Below, in pieces: positions 12,861 through 26,600 of a DNA stretch of 64,000 bases (its first letter is position 1; every line of letters starts with the position of its first letter). Both the position numbers and the translations under genes were made by a program. Under the pieces are notes generated by a model, which saw only the letters and a list, made by a program, of their open reading frames with translations, ran no database searches and was not told the DNA's origin. Source of the stretch: the human T2T-CHM13v2.0 reference genome, Homo sapiens; the NCBI RefSeq assembly GCF_009914755.1, contig NC_060928.1; one strand, written 5' to 3'.

Positions 12861-14364
12861 GTGTATTCAACTAACAGAGTTGAACTTTTGTTTTTACAGA
12901 GCCGTTTTAAAACACTCTTTTTGTGGAATCAGAAAGTGGATATTCGGATGGCTCTGAGGATTTCGTTGGAAGCGGGATTACATATAAAATCTAGAGAGAA
13001 GCATTCTCAGGAACTTCTTTGTGATGTTTGCATTGAAGTCACAGAATTGAACATTCACTTTGATAGAGCAGGTTTGAAACACTCATTCTGTAGTATCTGG
13101 AAGTGGACATTTCAAGCGCTTTCAGGCCTATGGTGAGAAAGGAAATATCTTCGAATAAAAACTAGACAGAAGCATCCTCAGAAACTTATTTGTGATGTGT
13201 GTCCTCAACTAACAGAGTTGAAACTTTGTTTTGATACAGCATTTTGGAAACACTCTTTTTGTAGAATCTGCAGGTGGATATTTGGATAGCTTAGAGGGAT
13301 TCGTTGGAAAGGGGATATCTTCATATAAAATCTAGACAGAAGCATTCTCAGAAACTTATTTGTGATGTGTGTCCTCAACTAACAGAGTTGAACCTTGGTT
13401 TTGATACAGCATTTTGGAAACACTCCTTTTGTAGAATCTGCAGGTGGATATGTGGATAGCTCTGAAGATTTCGTTGGAAACGGGAATTTCTTCATATAAA
13501 ATCAAACAGAAGCATTCTCAGAAACTTCTCAGTGATGTTTGCATTCAGCTCATGGAGTTGAACACTTCCTTTCATAGAGCCGGTTTGAAACACTCTTTCT
13601 GCACTACCTGGAAGAGGACATTTCGAGCGCTTTGAGTCCCATGGTGAAAAAGGAAATATCTTCTCATAAAAACCAGAAAGAAGCATTCTCAGAAACATCT
13701 TTGTGTTGTGTGTACTCATGTAACAGTGTTGAACCATCCTTTTGACAGAGCAGTTTTGAAACACTCTTTTTGTAGAATCTGCAAGTGGATATTTGGATAG
13801 CTTTGAGGATTTCGTTGGAAACGGGATGACATATAATATCTAGAGAGAAGCATTCTCAGGAACTTCTTTGTGATGTTTGCATTCAAGTCACAGAATTGAA
13901 CATTCCCTTTCATAGAGCAGGTTTGAAACACTCTTTCTCTAGTATCTGGAAGTGGGCATTTCAAGCGCTTTCAGGCCTATGGAGAGAAAGGGAATACCTT
14001 CAAATAAAAACTAGACAGAAGCATTCTCAGAAACTTATTTGTGATGTGTGTCCTCAACTAACAGAGTTGAACCTTTGTTTTGATACAGCATTTTGGAAAC
14101 ACTCCTTTTGTAGAATCTGCAGGTGGATATTTGGATAGCTTTGAAGATTTCGTTGGAAACCGGAATATCTTCATATAAAATCAAGACAGAAGCATTCTCG
14201 GAAACATCTCTGTGATGTTTGCATTCAACTCAGTAGAGTTGAACACTTCCTTTCATAGAGCCGGTTTGAAACAGTCTTTCTGCACTACCTGGAAGCGGAC
14301 ATTTCGAGCGCTTTGAGGCCTATGGTGAAAAAGGAAATATCTTCTCATAAAAACCAGAAAGAAG

Positions 14365-17300
14365 CATTCTCAGAAACTTCTTTGTGTTGTGTGTACTCAA
14401 GTAACAGTGTTGAACCTTCCTTTTGACACAGCAGTTTTGAAACACTCTTTTGGTAGAATCTGCAAGTGGATATTTGGATAGCTTTGAGGATTTCGTTGGA
14501 AACGGGTTATCTTCATATAAAATCCAGACAGGAGCATTCTCAGAAACTTCTTTGTGCTGCATGTCCTCAATTCACAGAGCTGAACCTTTGTTTGGATACA
14601 GCATTTTGGAAACATTCCTTTAGTAGAATCTGCAAGTTGATATTTAGATAGCTTTGAAGATTTCGTTGGAAACGGGAATATCTTCATAGAAAATCTAGAC
14701 GGAAGCATTCTCAGAAACTGCTTTGTGATGTTTGCATTCAAGTCACAGAGTTGAATATTCCCTTTTATAGAGTAGGTTTGAAACACTCTTTTGGCACTAC
14801 CTGGAAGTGGATATTTCGAGCTCTTTGAGGCCTATGGTTAAAAGGAAATATCTTCCCATAAAAACTAGACAGAAGCCGTCTCAGAAACTTGTTTGTGATG
14901 TGTGTATTCAACTAACAGAGTTGAACATTTCTGTTACAGAGCAATTTTAAAACACTCTTTTTGTGGAATCTGAAAGTGGATAATTGGATAGCTTTGTGGA
15001 TTTCGTTGGAAACGGGATGACGTATAAAATCTAGAGAGAAGCATTCTCAGGAACTTCTTTCTGATGTTTGCATTCAAGTCACAGAATTGAACATTCCTTT
15101 TCATAGTGCAGGTTTGAAACACTCTTTCTGTAGTATCTGGAAGTGGACATTTCAAGCGCTTTCAGGCCTACGGGGAGAAAGGAAATATCTTCAAATAAAA
15201 ACTAGACAGAAGGATTCTCAGAAACTTATTTGTGATGTGTGTCCTAAACGAACACAGTTGAACCTTTGTTTTGATACAGCATTTTGGAAACACTCCTTTT
15301 GTAGGATCTGCAGGTGGATATTTGGATAGATTTTAAGATTTCGTTGGAAACGGGAGTTTCTTCATAGAAACTCAAGACAGATGCATTCTCAGAAACATCT
15401 CTGTGATGTTTGCATTCCACTCATACAGTTGAAAACTTCCTTTCATAGAGCAGGTTTGAAACACTCTTTTTGTAATATTTGGAAGTGGACATTTGCAGCG
15501 CTTTGAGGCCTATGGTGAAAAAGGAAATATCTTCTCATAAAAACCAGAAACAAGCATTCTCAGAAACTTCTTTTTGATGTGTGTACTCAAGTAACAGAGT
15601 TGAACCTTCCTTTTGACACAGCAGTTTTGAAACAATCTTTTTGTAGAATCTGCAAGTGGATATTTGGATAGCTTTGAGGATTTCGTTGGAAACGGGATAT
15701 CTTCATATAAAATCTAGACAGAAGCTTTCTCAGAAACTTCTTTGTGCTGTATGTCCTCAATTAACAGAGTTGAACCATTGCTTGGATACAGCATTTTGGA
15801 AACATTCCTTGAGTAGAATCTGCAAGTTGATATTTAGATAGATTTGAAGATTTCGTTGGAAAAGGGAATATCTCCATATAAAATCTAGAGGGAAGCATTC
15901 TCAGAAACTGCTTTGTGATGTTTCCATTCAAGTCACAGAGTTGAATATTCCCTTTTATAGAGCACGTTTGAAACACTCTTTCTGCACTATCTGGAAGTGG
16001 ACATTTCGAGCGCTTTGAGGCCTATGGTGAAAAAGGAAATATCTTCCCATAAAAATTAGACAGAAGCATTCTCAGAAACTTGTTTGTGATGTGTGTATTC
16101 AACTAACAGAGTTGAACTTTTGTTTTTACAGAGCCGTTTTAAAACACTCTTTTTGTGGAATCAGAAAGTGGATATTCGGATGGCTCTGAGGATTTCGTTG
16201 GAAGCGGGATTACATATAAAATCTAGAGAGAAGCATTCTCAGGAACTTCTTTGTGATGTTTGCATTGAAGTCACAGAATTGAACATTCACTTTGATAGAG
16301 CAGGTTTGAAACACTCATTCTGTAGTATCTGGAACTGGACATTTCAAGCGCTTTCAGGCCTATGGTGAGAAAGGAAATATCTTCGAATAAAAACTAGACA
16401 GAAGCATCCTCAGAAACTTATTTGTGATGTGTGTCCTCAACTAACAGAGTTGAAACTTTGTTTTGATACAGCATTTTGGAAACACTCTTTTTGTAGAATC
16501 TGCAGGTGGATATTTGGATAGCTTAGAGGGATTCGTTGGAAAGGGGATATCTTCATATAAAATCTAGACAGAAGCATTCTCAGAAACTTATTTGTGATGT
16601 GTGTCCTCAACTAACAGAGTTGAACCTTGGTTTTGATACAGCATTTTGGAAACACTCCTTTTGTAGAATCTGCAGGTGGATATGTGGATAGCTCTGAAGA
16701 TTTCGTTGGAAACGGGAATTTCTTCATATAAAATCAAACAGAAGCATTCTCAGAAACTTCTCAGTGATGTTTGCATTCAGCTCATGGAGTTGAACACTTC
16801 CTTTCATAGAGCCGGTTTGAAACACTCTTTCTGCACTACCTGGAAGAGGACATTTCGAGCGCTTTGAGTCCCATGGTGAAAAAGGAAATATCTTCTCATA
16901 AAAACCAGAAAGAAGCATTCTCAGAAACATCTTTGTGTTGTGTGTACTCATGTAACAGTGTTGAACCATCCTTTTGACAGAGCAGTTTTGAAACACTCTT
17001 TTTGTAGAATCTGCAAGTGGATATTTGGATAGCTTTGAGGATTTCGTTGGAAACGGGATGACATATAATATCTAGAGAGAAGCATTCTCAGGAACTTCTT
17101 TGTGATGTTTGCATTCAAGTCACAGAATTGAACATTCCCTTTCATAGAGCAGGTTTGAAACACTCTTTCTCTAGTATCTGGAAGTGGGCATTTCAAGCGC
17201 TTTCAGGCCTATGGAGAGAAAGGGAATACCTTCAAATAAAAACTAGACAGAAGCATTCTCAGAAACTTATTTGTGATGTGTGTCCTCAACTAACAGAGTT

Positions 17301-17596
17301 GAACCTTTGTTTTGATACAGCATTTTGGAAACACTCCTTTTGTAGAATCTGCAGGTGGATATTTGGATAGCTTTGAAGATTTCGTTGGAAACCGGAATAT
17401 CTTCATATAAAATCAAGACAGAAGCATTCTCGGAAACATCTCTGTGATGTTTGCATTCAACTCAGTAGAGTTGAACACTTCCTTTCATAGAGCCGGTTTG
17501 AAACAGTCTTTCTGCACTACCTGGAAGCGGACATTTCGAGCGCTTTGAGGCCTATGGTGAAAAAGGAAATATCTTCTCATAAAAACCAGAAAGAAG
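14365..17596 (+). repeat. Representative complete canonical 19-mer HOR unit (3232 bp)
   Basis: Other full m1-to-m1 3232-bp units start at 17597, 20829, 24914, 28146, 31378, 39883, 43115, 52984, 56216 and 59448. Confidence 0.95.
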
Positions 17597-20500
17597 CATT
17601 CTCAGAAACTTCTTTGTGTTGTGTGTACTCAAGTAACAGTGTTGAACCTTGCTTTTGACACAGCAGTTTTGAAACACTCTTTTGGTAGAATCTGCAAGTG
17701 GATATTTGGATAGCTTTGAGGATTTCGTTGGAAACGGGTTATCTTCATATAAAATCCAGACAGGAGCATTCTCAGAAACTTCTTTGTGCTGCATGTCCTC
17801 AATTCACAGAGCTGAACCTTTGTTTGGATACAGCATTTTGGAAACATTCCTTTAGTACAATCTGCAAGTTGATATTTAGATAGCTTTGAAGATTTCGTTG
17901 GAAACGGGAATATCTTCATAGAAAATCTAGACGGAAGCATTCTCAGAAACTGCTTTGTGATGTTTGCATTCAAGTCACAGAGTTGAATATTCCCTTTTAT
18001 AGAGTAGGTTTGAAACACTCTTTTGGCACTACTTGGAAGTGGATATTTCGAGCTCTTTGAGGCCTATGGTTAAAAGGAAATATCTTCCCATAAAAACTAG
18101 ACAGAAGCCGTCTCAGAAACTTGTTTGTGATGTGTGTATTCAACTAACAGAGTTGAACATTTCTGTTACAGAGCAATTTTAAAACACTCTTTTTGTGGAA
18201 TCTGAAAGTGGATAATTGGATAGCTTTGTGGATTTCGTTGGAAACGGGATGACGTATAAAATCTAGAGAGAAGCATTCTCAGGAACTTCTTTCTGATGTT
18301 TGCATTCAAGTCACAGAATTGAACATTCCTTTTCATAGTGCAGGTTTGAAACACTCTTTCTGTAGTATCTGGAAGTGGACATTTCAAGCGCTTTCAGGCC
18401 TACGGGGAGAAAGGAAATATCTTCAAATAAAAACTAGACAGAAGGATTCTCAGAAACTTATTTGTGATGTGTGTCCTAAACGAACACAGTTGAACCTTTG
18501 TTTTGATACAGCATTTTGGAAACACTCCTTTTGTAGGATCTGCAGGTGGATATTTGGATAGATTTTAAGATTTCGTTGGAAACGGGAGTTTCTTCATAGA
18601 AACTCAAGACAGATGCATTCTCAGAAACATCTCTGTGATGTTTGCATTCCACTCATACAGTTGAAAACTTCCTTTCATAGAGCAGGTTTGAAACACTCTT
18701 TTTGTAATATTTGGAAGTGGACATTTGCAGCGCTTTGAGGCCTATGGTGAAAAAGGAAATATCTTCTCATAAAAACCAGAAACAAGCATTCTCAGAAACT
18801 TCTTTTTGATGTGTGTACTCAAGTAACAGAGTTGAACCTTCCTTTTGACACAGCAGTTTTGAAACAATCTTTTTGTAGAATCTGCAAGTGGATATTTGGA
18901 TAGCTTTGAGGATTTCGTTGGAAACGGGATATCTTCATATAAAATCTAGACAGAAGCTTTCTCAGAAACTTCTTTGTGCTGTATGTCCTCAATTAACAGA
19001 GTTGAACCATTGCTTGGATACAGCATTTTGGAAACATTCCTTGAGTAGAATCTGCAAGTTGATATTTAGATAGATTTGAAGATTTCGTTGGAAAAGGGAA
19101 TATCTCCATATAAAATCTAGAGGGAAGCATTCTCAGAAACTGCTTTGTGATGTTTTCATTCAAGTCACAGAGTTGAATATTCCCTTTTATAGAGCACGTT
19201 TGAAACACTCTTTCTGCACTATCTGGAAGTGGACATTTCGAGCGCTTTGAGGCCTATGGTGAAAAAGGAAATATCTTCCCATAAAAATTAGACAGAAGCA
19301 TTCTCAGAAACTTGTTTGTGATGTGTGTATTCAACTAACAGAGTTGAACTTTTGTTTTTACAGAGCCGTTTTAAAACACTCTTTTTGTGGAATCAGAAAG
19401 TGGATATTCGGATGGCTCTGAGGATTTCGTTGGAAGCGGGATTACATATAAAATCTAGAGAGAAGCATTCTCAGGAACTTCTTTGTGATGTTTGCATTGA
19501 AGTCACAGAATTGAACATTCACTTTGATAGAGCAGGTTTGAAACACTCATTCTGTAGTATCTGGAACTGGACATTTCAAGCGCTTTCAGGCCTATGGTGA
19601 GAAAGGAAATATCTTCGAATAAAAACTAGACAGAAGCATCCTCAGAAACTTATTTGTGATGTGTGTCCTCAACTAACAGAGTTGAAACTTTGTTTTGATA
19701 CAGCATTTTGGAAACACTCTTTTTGTAGAATCTGCAGGTGGATATTTGGATAGCTTAGAGGGATTCGTTGGAAAGGGGATATCTTCATATAAAATCTAGA
19801 CAGAAGCATTCTCAGAAACTTATTTGTGATGTGTGTCCTCAACTAACAGAGTTGAACCTTGGTTTTGATACAGCATTTTGGAAACACTCCTTTTGTAGAA
19901 TCTGCAGGTGGATATGTGGATAGCTCTGAAGATTTCGTTGGAAACGGGAATTTCTTCATATAAAATCAAACAGAATCATTCTCAGAAACTTCTCAGTGAT
20001 GTTTGCATTCAGCTCATGGAGTTGAACACTTCCTTTCATAGAGCCGGTTTGAAACACTCTTTCTGCACTACCTGGAAGAGGGCATTTCGAGCGCTTTGAG
20101 TCCTATGGTGAAAAAGGAAATATCTTCTCATAAAAACCAGAAAGAAGCATTCTCAGAAACTTCTTTGTGTTGTGTGTACTCATGTAACAGTGTTGAACCA
20201 TCCTTTTGACAGAGCAGTTTTGAAACACTCTTTTTGTAGAATCTGCAAGTGGATATTTGGATAGCTTTGAGGATTTCGTTGGAAACGGGATGACATATAA
20301 TATCTAGAGAGAAGCATTCTCAGGAACTTCTTTGTGATGTTTGCATTCAAGTCACAGAATTGAACATTCCCTTTCATAGAGCAGGTTTGAAACACTCTTT
20401 CTCTAGTATCTGGAAGTGGGCATTTGAAGCGCTTTCAGGCCTATGGAGAGAAAGGAAATACCTTCAAATAAAAACTAGACAGAAGCATTCTCAGAAACTT

Positions 20501-20624
20501 ATTTGTGATGTGTGTCCTCAACTAACAGAGTTGAACCTTTGTTTTGATACAGCATTTTGGAAACACTCCTTTTGTAGAATCTGCAGGTGGATATTTGGAT
20601 AACTTTGAAGATTTCGTTGGAAAC

Positions 20625-23600
20625 CGGAATATCTTCATATAAAATCAAGACAGAAGCATTCTCGGAAACATCTCTGTGATGTTTGCATTCAACTCAGTAG
20701 AGTTGAACACTTCCTTTCATAGAGCCGGTTTGAAACACTCTTTCTGCACTACCTGGAAGCGGACATTTCGAGCGCTTTTAGGCCTATGGTGAAAAAGAAA
20801 ATATCTTCTCATAAAAACCAGAAAGAAGCATTCTCAGAAACTTCTTTGTGTTGTGTGTACTCAAGTAACAGTGTTGAACCTTCCTTTTGACACAGCAGTT
20901 TTGAAACACTCTTTTGGTAGAATCTGCAAGTGGATATTTGGATAGCTTTGAGGATTTCTTTGGAAACGGGTTATCTTCATATAAAATCCAGACAGGAGCA
21001 TTCTCAGAAACTTCTTTGTGCTGCATGTCCTCAATTCACAGAGCTGAACCTTTGTTTGGATACAGCATTTTGGAAACATTCCTTTAGTAGAATCTGCAAG
21101 TTGATATTTAGATAGCTTTGAAGATTTCGTTGGAAACGGGAATATCTTCATAGAAAATCTAGACGGAAGCATTCTCAGAAACTGCTTTGTGATGTTTGCA
21201 TTCAAGTCACAGAGTTGAATATTCCCTTTTATAGAGTAGGTTTGAAACACTCTTTTGGCACTACCTGGAAGTGGATATTTCGAGCTCTTTGAGGCCTATG
21301 GTTAAAAGGAAATATCTTCCCATAAAAACTAGACAGAAGCCGTCTCAGAAACTTGTTTGTGATGTGTGTATTCAACTAACAGAGTTGAACATTTCTGTTA
21401 CAGAGCAATTTTAAAACACTCTTTTTGTGGAATCTGAAAGTGGATAATTGGATAGCTTTGTGGATTTCGTTGGAAACGGGATGACGTATAAAATCTAGAG
21501 AGAAGCATTCTCAGGAACTTCTTTCTGATGTTTGCATTCAAGTCACAGAATTGAACATTCCTTTTCATAGTGCAGGTTTGAAACACTCTTTCTGTAGTAT
21601 CTGGAAGTGGACATTTCAAGCGCTTTCAGGCCTACGGGGAGAAAGGAAATATCTTCAAATAAAAACTAGACAGAAGGATTCTCAGAAACTTATTTGTGAT
21701 GTGTGTCCTAAACGAACACAGTTGAACCTTTGTTTTGATACAGCATTTTGGAAACACTCCTTTTGTAGGATCTGCAGGTGGATATTTGGATAGATTTTAA
21801 GATTTCGTTGGAAACGGGAGTTTCTTCATAGAAACTCAAGACAGATGCATTCTCAGAAACATCTCTGTGATGTTTGCATTCCACTCATACAGTTGAAAAC
21901 TTCCTTTCATAGAGCAGGTTTGAAACACTCTTTTTGTAATATTTGGAAGTGGACATTTGCAGCGCTTTGAGGCCTATGGTGAAAAAGGAAATATCTTCTC
22001 ATAAAAACCAGAAACAAGCATTCTCAGAAACTTCTTTTTGATGTGTGTACTCAAGTAACAGAGTTGAACCTTCCTTTTGACACAGCAGTTTTGAAACAAT
22101 CTTTTTGTAGAATCTGCAAGTGGATATTTGGATAGCTTTGAGGATTTCGTTGGAAACGGGATATCTTCATATAAAATCTAGACAGAAGCATTCTCAGAAA
22201 CTTCTTTGTGCTGTATGTCCTCAATTAACAGAGTTGAACCATTGCTTGGATACAGCATTTTGGAAACATTCCTTGAGTAGAATCTGCAAGTTGATATTTA
22301 GATAGATTTGAAGATTTCGTTGGAAAAGGGAATATCTCCATATAAAATCTAGAGGGAAGCATTCTCAGAAACTGCTTTGTGATGTTTCCATTCAAGTCAC
22401 AGAGTTGAATATTCCCTTTTATAGAGCACGTTTGAAACACTCTTTCTGCACTATCTGGAAGTGGACATTTCGAGCGCTTTGAGGCCTATGGTGAAAAAGG
22501 AAATATCTTCCCATAAAAACTAGACAGAAGCATTCTCAGAAACTTGTTTGTGATGTGTGTATTCAACTAACAGAGTTGAACTTTTGTTTTTACAGAGCCG
22601 TTTTAAAACACTCTTTTTGTGGAATCAGAAAGTGGATATTCGGATGGCTCTGAGGATTTCGTTGGAAGCGGGATTACATATAACATCTAGAGAGAAGCAT
22701 TCTCAGGAACTTCTTTGTGATGTTTGCATTGAAGTCACAGAATTGAACATTCACTTTGATAGAGCAGGTTTGAAACACTCATTCTGTAGTATCTGGAAGT
22801 GGACATTTCAAGCGCTTTCAGGCCTATGGTGAGAAAGGAAATATCTTCGAATAAAAACTAGACAGAAGCATCCTCAGAAAGTTATTTGTGATGTGTGTCC
22901 TCAACTAACAGAGTTGAAACTTTGTTTTGATACAGCATTTTGGAAACACTCTTTTTGTAGAATCTGCAGGTGGATATTTGGATAGCTTAGAGGGATTCGT
23001 TGGAAAGGGGATATCTTCATATAAAATCTAGACAGAAGCATTCTCAGAAACTTATTTGTGATGTGTGTCCTCAACTAACAGAGTTGAACCTTGGTTTTGA
23101 TACAGCATTTTGGAAACACTCCTTTTGTAGAATCTGCAGGTGGATATGTGGATAGCTCTGAAGATTTCGTTGGAAACGGGAATTTCTTCATATAAAATCA
23201 AACAGAAGCATTCTCAGAAACTTCTCAGTGATGTTTGCATTCAGCTCATGGAGTTGAACACTTCCTTTCATAGAGCCGGTTTGAAACACTCTTTCTGCAC
23301 TACCTGGAAGAGGACATTTCGAGCGCTTTGAGTCCTATGGTGAAAAAGGAAATATCTTCTCATAAAAACCAGAAAGAAGCATTCTCAGAAACTTCTTTGT
23401 GTTGTGTGTACTCATGTAACAGTGTTGAACCATCCTTTTGACAGAGCAGTTTTGAAACACTCTTTTTGTAGAATCTGCAAGTGGATATTTGGATAGCTTT
23501 GAGGATTTCGTTGGAAACGGGATGACATATAATATCTAGAGAGAAGCATTCTCAGGAACTTCTTTGTGATGTTTGCATTCAAGTCACAGAATTGAACATT

Positions 23601-26600
23601 CCCTTTCATAGAGCAGGTTTGAAACACTCTTTCTCTAGTATCTGGAAGTGGGCATTTCAAGCGCTTTCAGGCCTATGGAGAGAAAGGAAATACCTTCAAA
23701 TAAAAACTAGACAGAAGCATTCTCAGAAACTTATTTGTGATGTGTGTCCTCAACTAACAGAGTTGAACCTTTGTTTTGATACAGCATTTTGGAAACACTC
23801 CTTTTGTAGAATCTGCAGGTGGATATTTGGATAACTTTGAAGATTTCGTTGGAAACCGGAATATCTTCATATAAAATCAAGACAGAAGCATTCTCGGAAA
23901 CATCTCTGTGATGTTTGCATTCAACTCAGTAGAGTTGAACACTTCCTTTCATAGAGCAGGTTTGAAACACTCTTTCTGCACTACCTGGAAGCGGACATTT
24001 CGAGCGCTTTGAGGCCTATGGTGAAAAAGGAAATATCTTCTCATAAAAACCAGAAAGAAGCATTCTCAGAAACTTCTTTGTGTTGTGTGTACTCAAGTAA
24101 CAGTGTTGAATCTTCCTTTTGACACAGCAGTTTTGAAACACTCTTTTGGTAGAATCTGCAAGTGGATATTTGGATAGCTTTGAGGATTTCGTTGGAAACG
24201 GGTTATCTTCATATAAAATCCAGACAGGAGCATTCTCAGAAACTTCTTTGTGCTGCATGTCCTCAATTCACAGAGCTGAACCTTTGTTTGGATACAGCAT
24301 TTTGGAAACATTCCTTTAGTAGAATCTGCAAGTTGATATTTAGATAGCTTTGAAGATTTCGTTGGAAACGGGAATATCTTCATAGAAAATCTAGACGGAA
24401 GCATTCTCAGAAACTGCTTTGTGATGTTTGCATTCAAGTCACAGAGTTGAATATTCCCTTTTATAGAGTAGGTTTGAAACACTCTTTTGGCACTACCTGG
24501 AAGTGGATATTTCGAGCTCTTTGAGGCCTATGGTTAAAAGGAAATATCTTCCCATAAAAACTAGACAGAAGCCGTCTCAGAAACTTGTTTGTGATGTGTG
24601 TATTCAACTAACAGAGTTGAACATTTCTGTTACAGAGCAATTTTAAAACACTCTTTTTGTGGAATCTGAAAGTGGATAATTGGATAGCTTTGTGGATTTC
24701 GTTGGAAACCGGAATATCTTCATATAAAATCAAGACAGAAGCATTCTCGGAAACATCTCTGTGATGTTTGCATTCAACTCAGTAGAGTTGAACACTTCCT
24801 TTCATAGAGCCGGTTTGAAACACTCTTTCTGCACTACCTGGAAGCGGACATTTCGAGCGCTTTTAGGCCTATGGTGAAAAAGAAAATATCTTCTCATAAA
24901 AACCAGAAAGAAGCATTCTCAGAAACTTCTTTGTGTTGTGTGTACTCAAGTAACAGTGTTGAACCTTCCTTTTGACACAGCAGTTTTGAAACACTCTTTT
25001 GGTAGAATCTGCAAGTGGATATTTGGATAGCTTTGAGGATTTCTTTGGAAACGGGTTATCTTCATATAAAATCCAGACAGGAGCATTCTCAGAAACTTCT
25101 TTGTGCTGCATGTCCTCAATTCACAGAGCTGAACCTTTGTTTGGATACAGCATTTTGGAAACATTCCTTTAGTAGAATCTGCAAGTTGATATTTAGATAG
25201 CTTTGAAGATTTCGTTGGAAACGGGAATATCTTCATAGAAAATCTAGACGGAAGCATTCTCAGAAACTGCTTTGTGATGTTTGCATTCAAGTCACAGAGT
25301 TGAATATTCCCTTTTATAGAGTAGGTTTGAAACACTCTTTTGGCACTACCTGGAAGTGGATATTTCGAGCTCTTTGAGGCCTATGGTTAAAAGGAAATAT
25401 CTTCCCATAAAAACTAGACAGAAGCCGTCTCAGAAACTTGTTTGTGATGTGTGTATTCAACTAACAGAGTTGAACATTTCTGTTACAGAGCAATTTTAAA
25501 ACACTCTTTTTGTGGAATCTGAAAGTGGATAATTGGATAGCTTTGTGGATTTCGTTGGAAACGGGATGACGTATAAAATCTAGAGAGAAGCATTCTCAGG
25601 AACTTCTTTCTGATGTTTGCATTCAAGTCACAGAATTGAACATTCCTTTTCATAGTGCAGGTTTGAAACACTCTTTCTGTAGTATCTGGAAGTGGACATT
25701 TCAAGCGCTTTCAGGCCTACGGGGAGAAAGGAAATATCTTCAAATAAAAACTAGACAGAAGGATTCTCAGAAACTTATTTGTGATGTGTGTCCTAAACGA
25801 ACACAGTTGAACCTTTGTTTTGATACAGCATTTTGGAAACACTCCTTTTGTAGGATCTGCAGGTGGATATTTGGATAGATTTTAAGATTTCGTTGGAAAC
25901 GGGAGTTTCTTCATAGAAACTCAAGACAGATGCATTCTCAGAAACATCTCTGTGATGTTTGCATTCCACTCATACAGTTGAAAACTTCCTTTCATAGAGC
26001 AGGTTTGAAACACTCTTTTTGTAATATTTGGAAGTGGACATTTGCAGCGCTTTGAGGCCTATGGTGAAAAAGGAAATATCTTCTCATAAAAACCAGAAAC
26101 AAGCATTCTCAGAAACTTCTTTTTGATGTGTGTACTCAAGTAACAGAGTTGAACCTTCCTTTTGACACAGCAGTTTTGAAACAATCTTTTTGTAGAATCT
26201 GCAAGTGGATATTTGGATAGCTTTGAGGATTTCGTTGGAAACGGGATATCTTCATATAAAATCTAGACAGAAGCATTCTCAGAAACTTCTTTGTGCTGTA
26301 TGTCCTCAATTAACAGAGTTGAACCATTGCTTGGATACAGCATTTTGGAAACATTCCTTGAGTAGAATCTGCAAGTTGATATTTAGATAGATTTGAAGAT
26401 TTCGTTGGAAAAGGGAATATCTCCATATAAAATCTAGAGGGAAGCATTCTCAGAAACTGCTTTGTGATGTTTCCATTCAAGTCACAGAGTTGAATATTCC
26501 CTTTTATAGAGCACGTTTGAAACACTCTTTCTGCACTATCTGGAAGTGGACATTTCGAGCGCTTTGAGGCCTATGGTGAAAAAGGAAATATCTTCCCATA

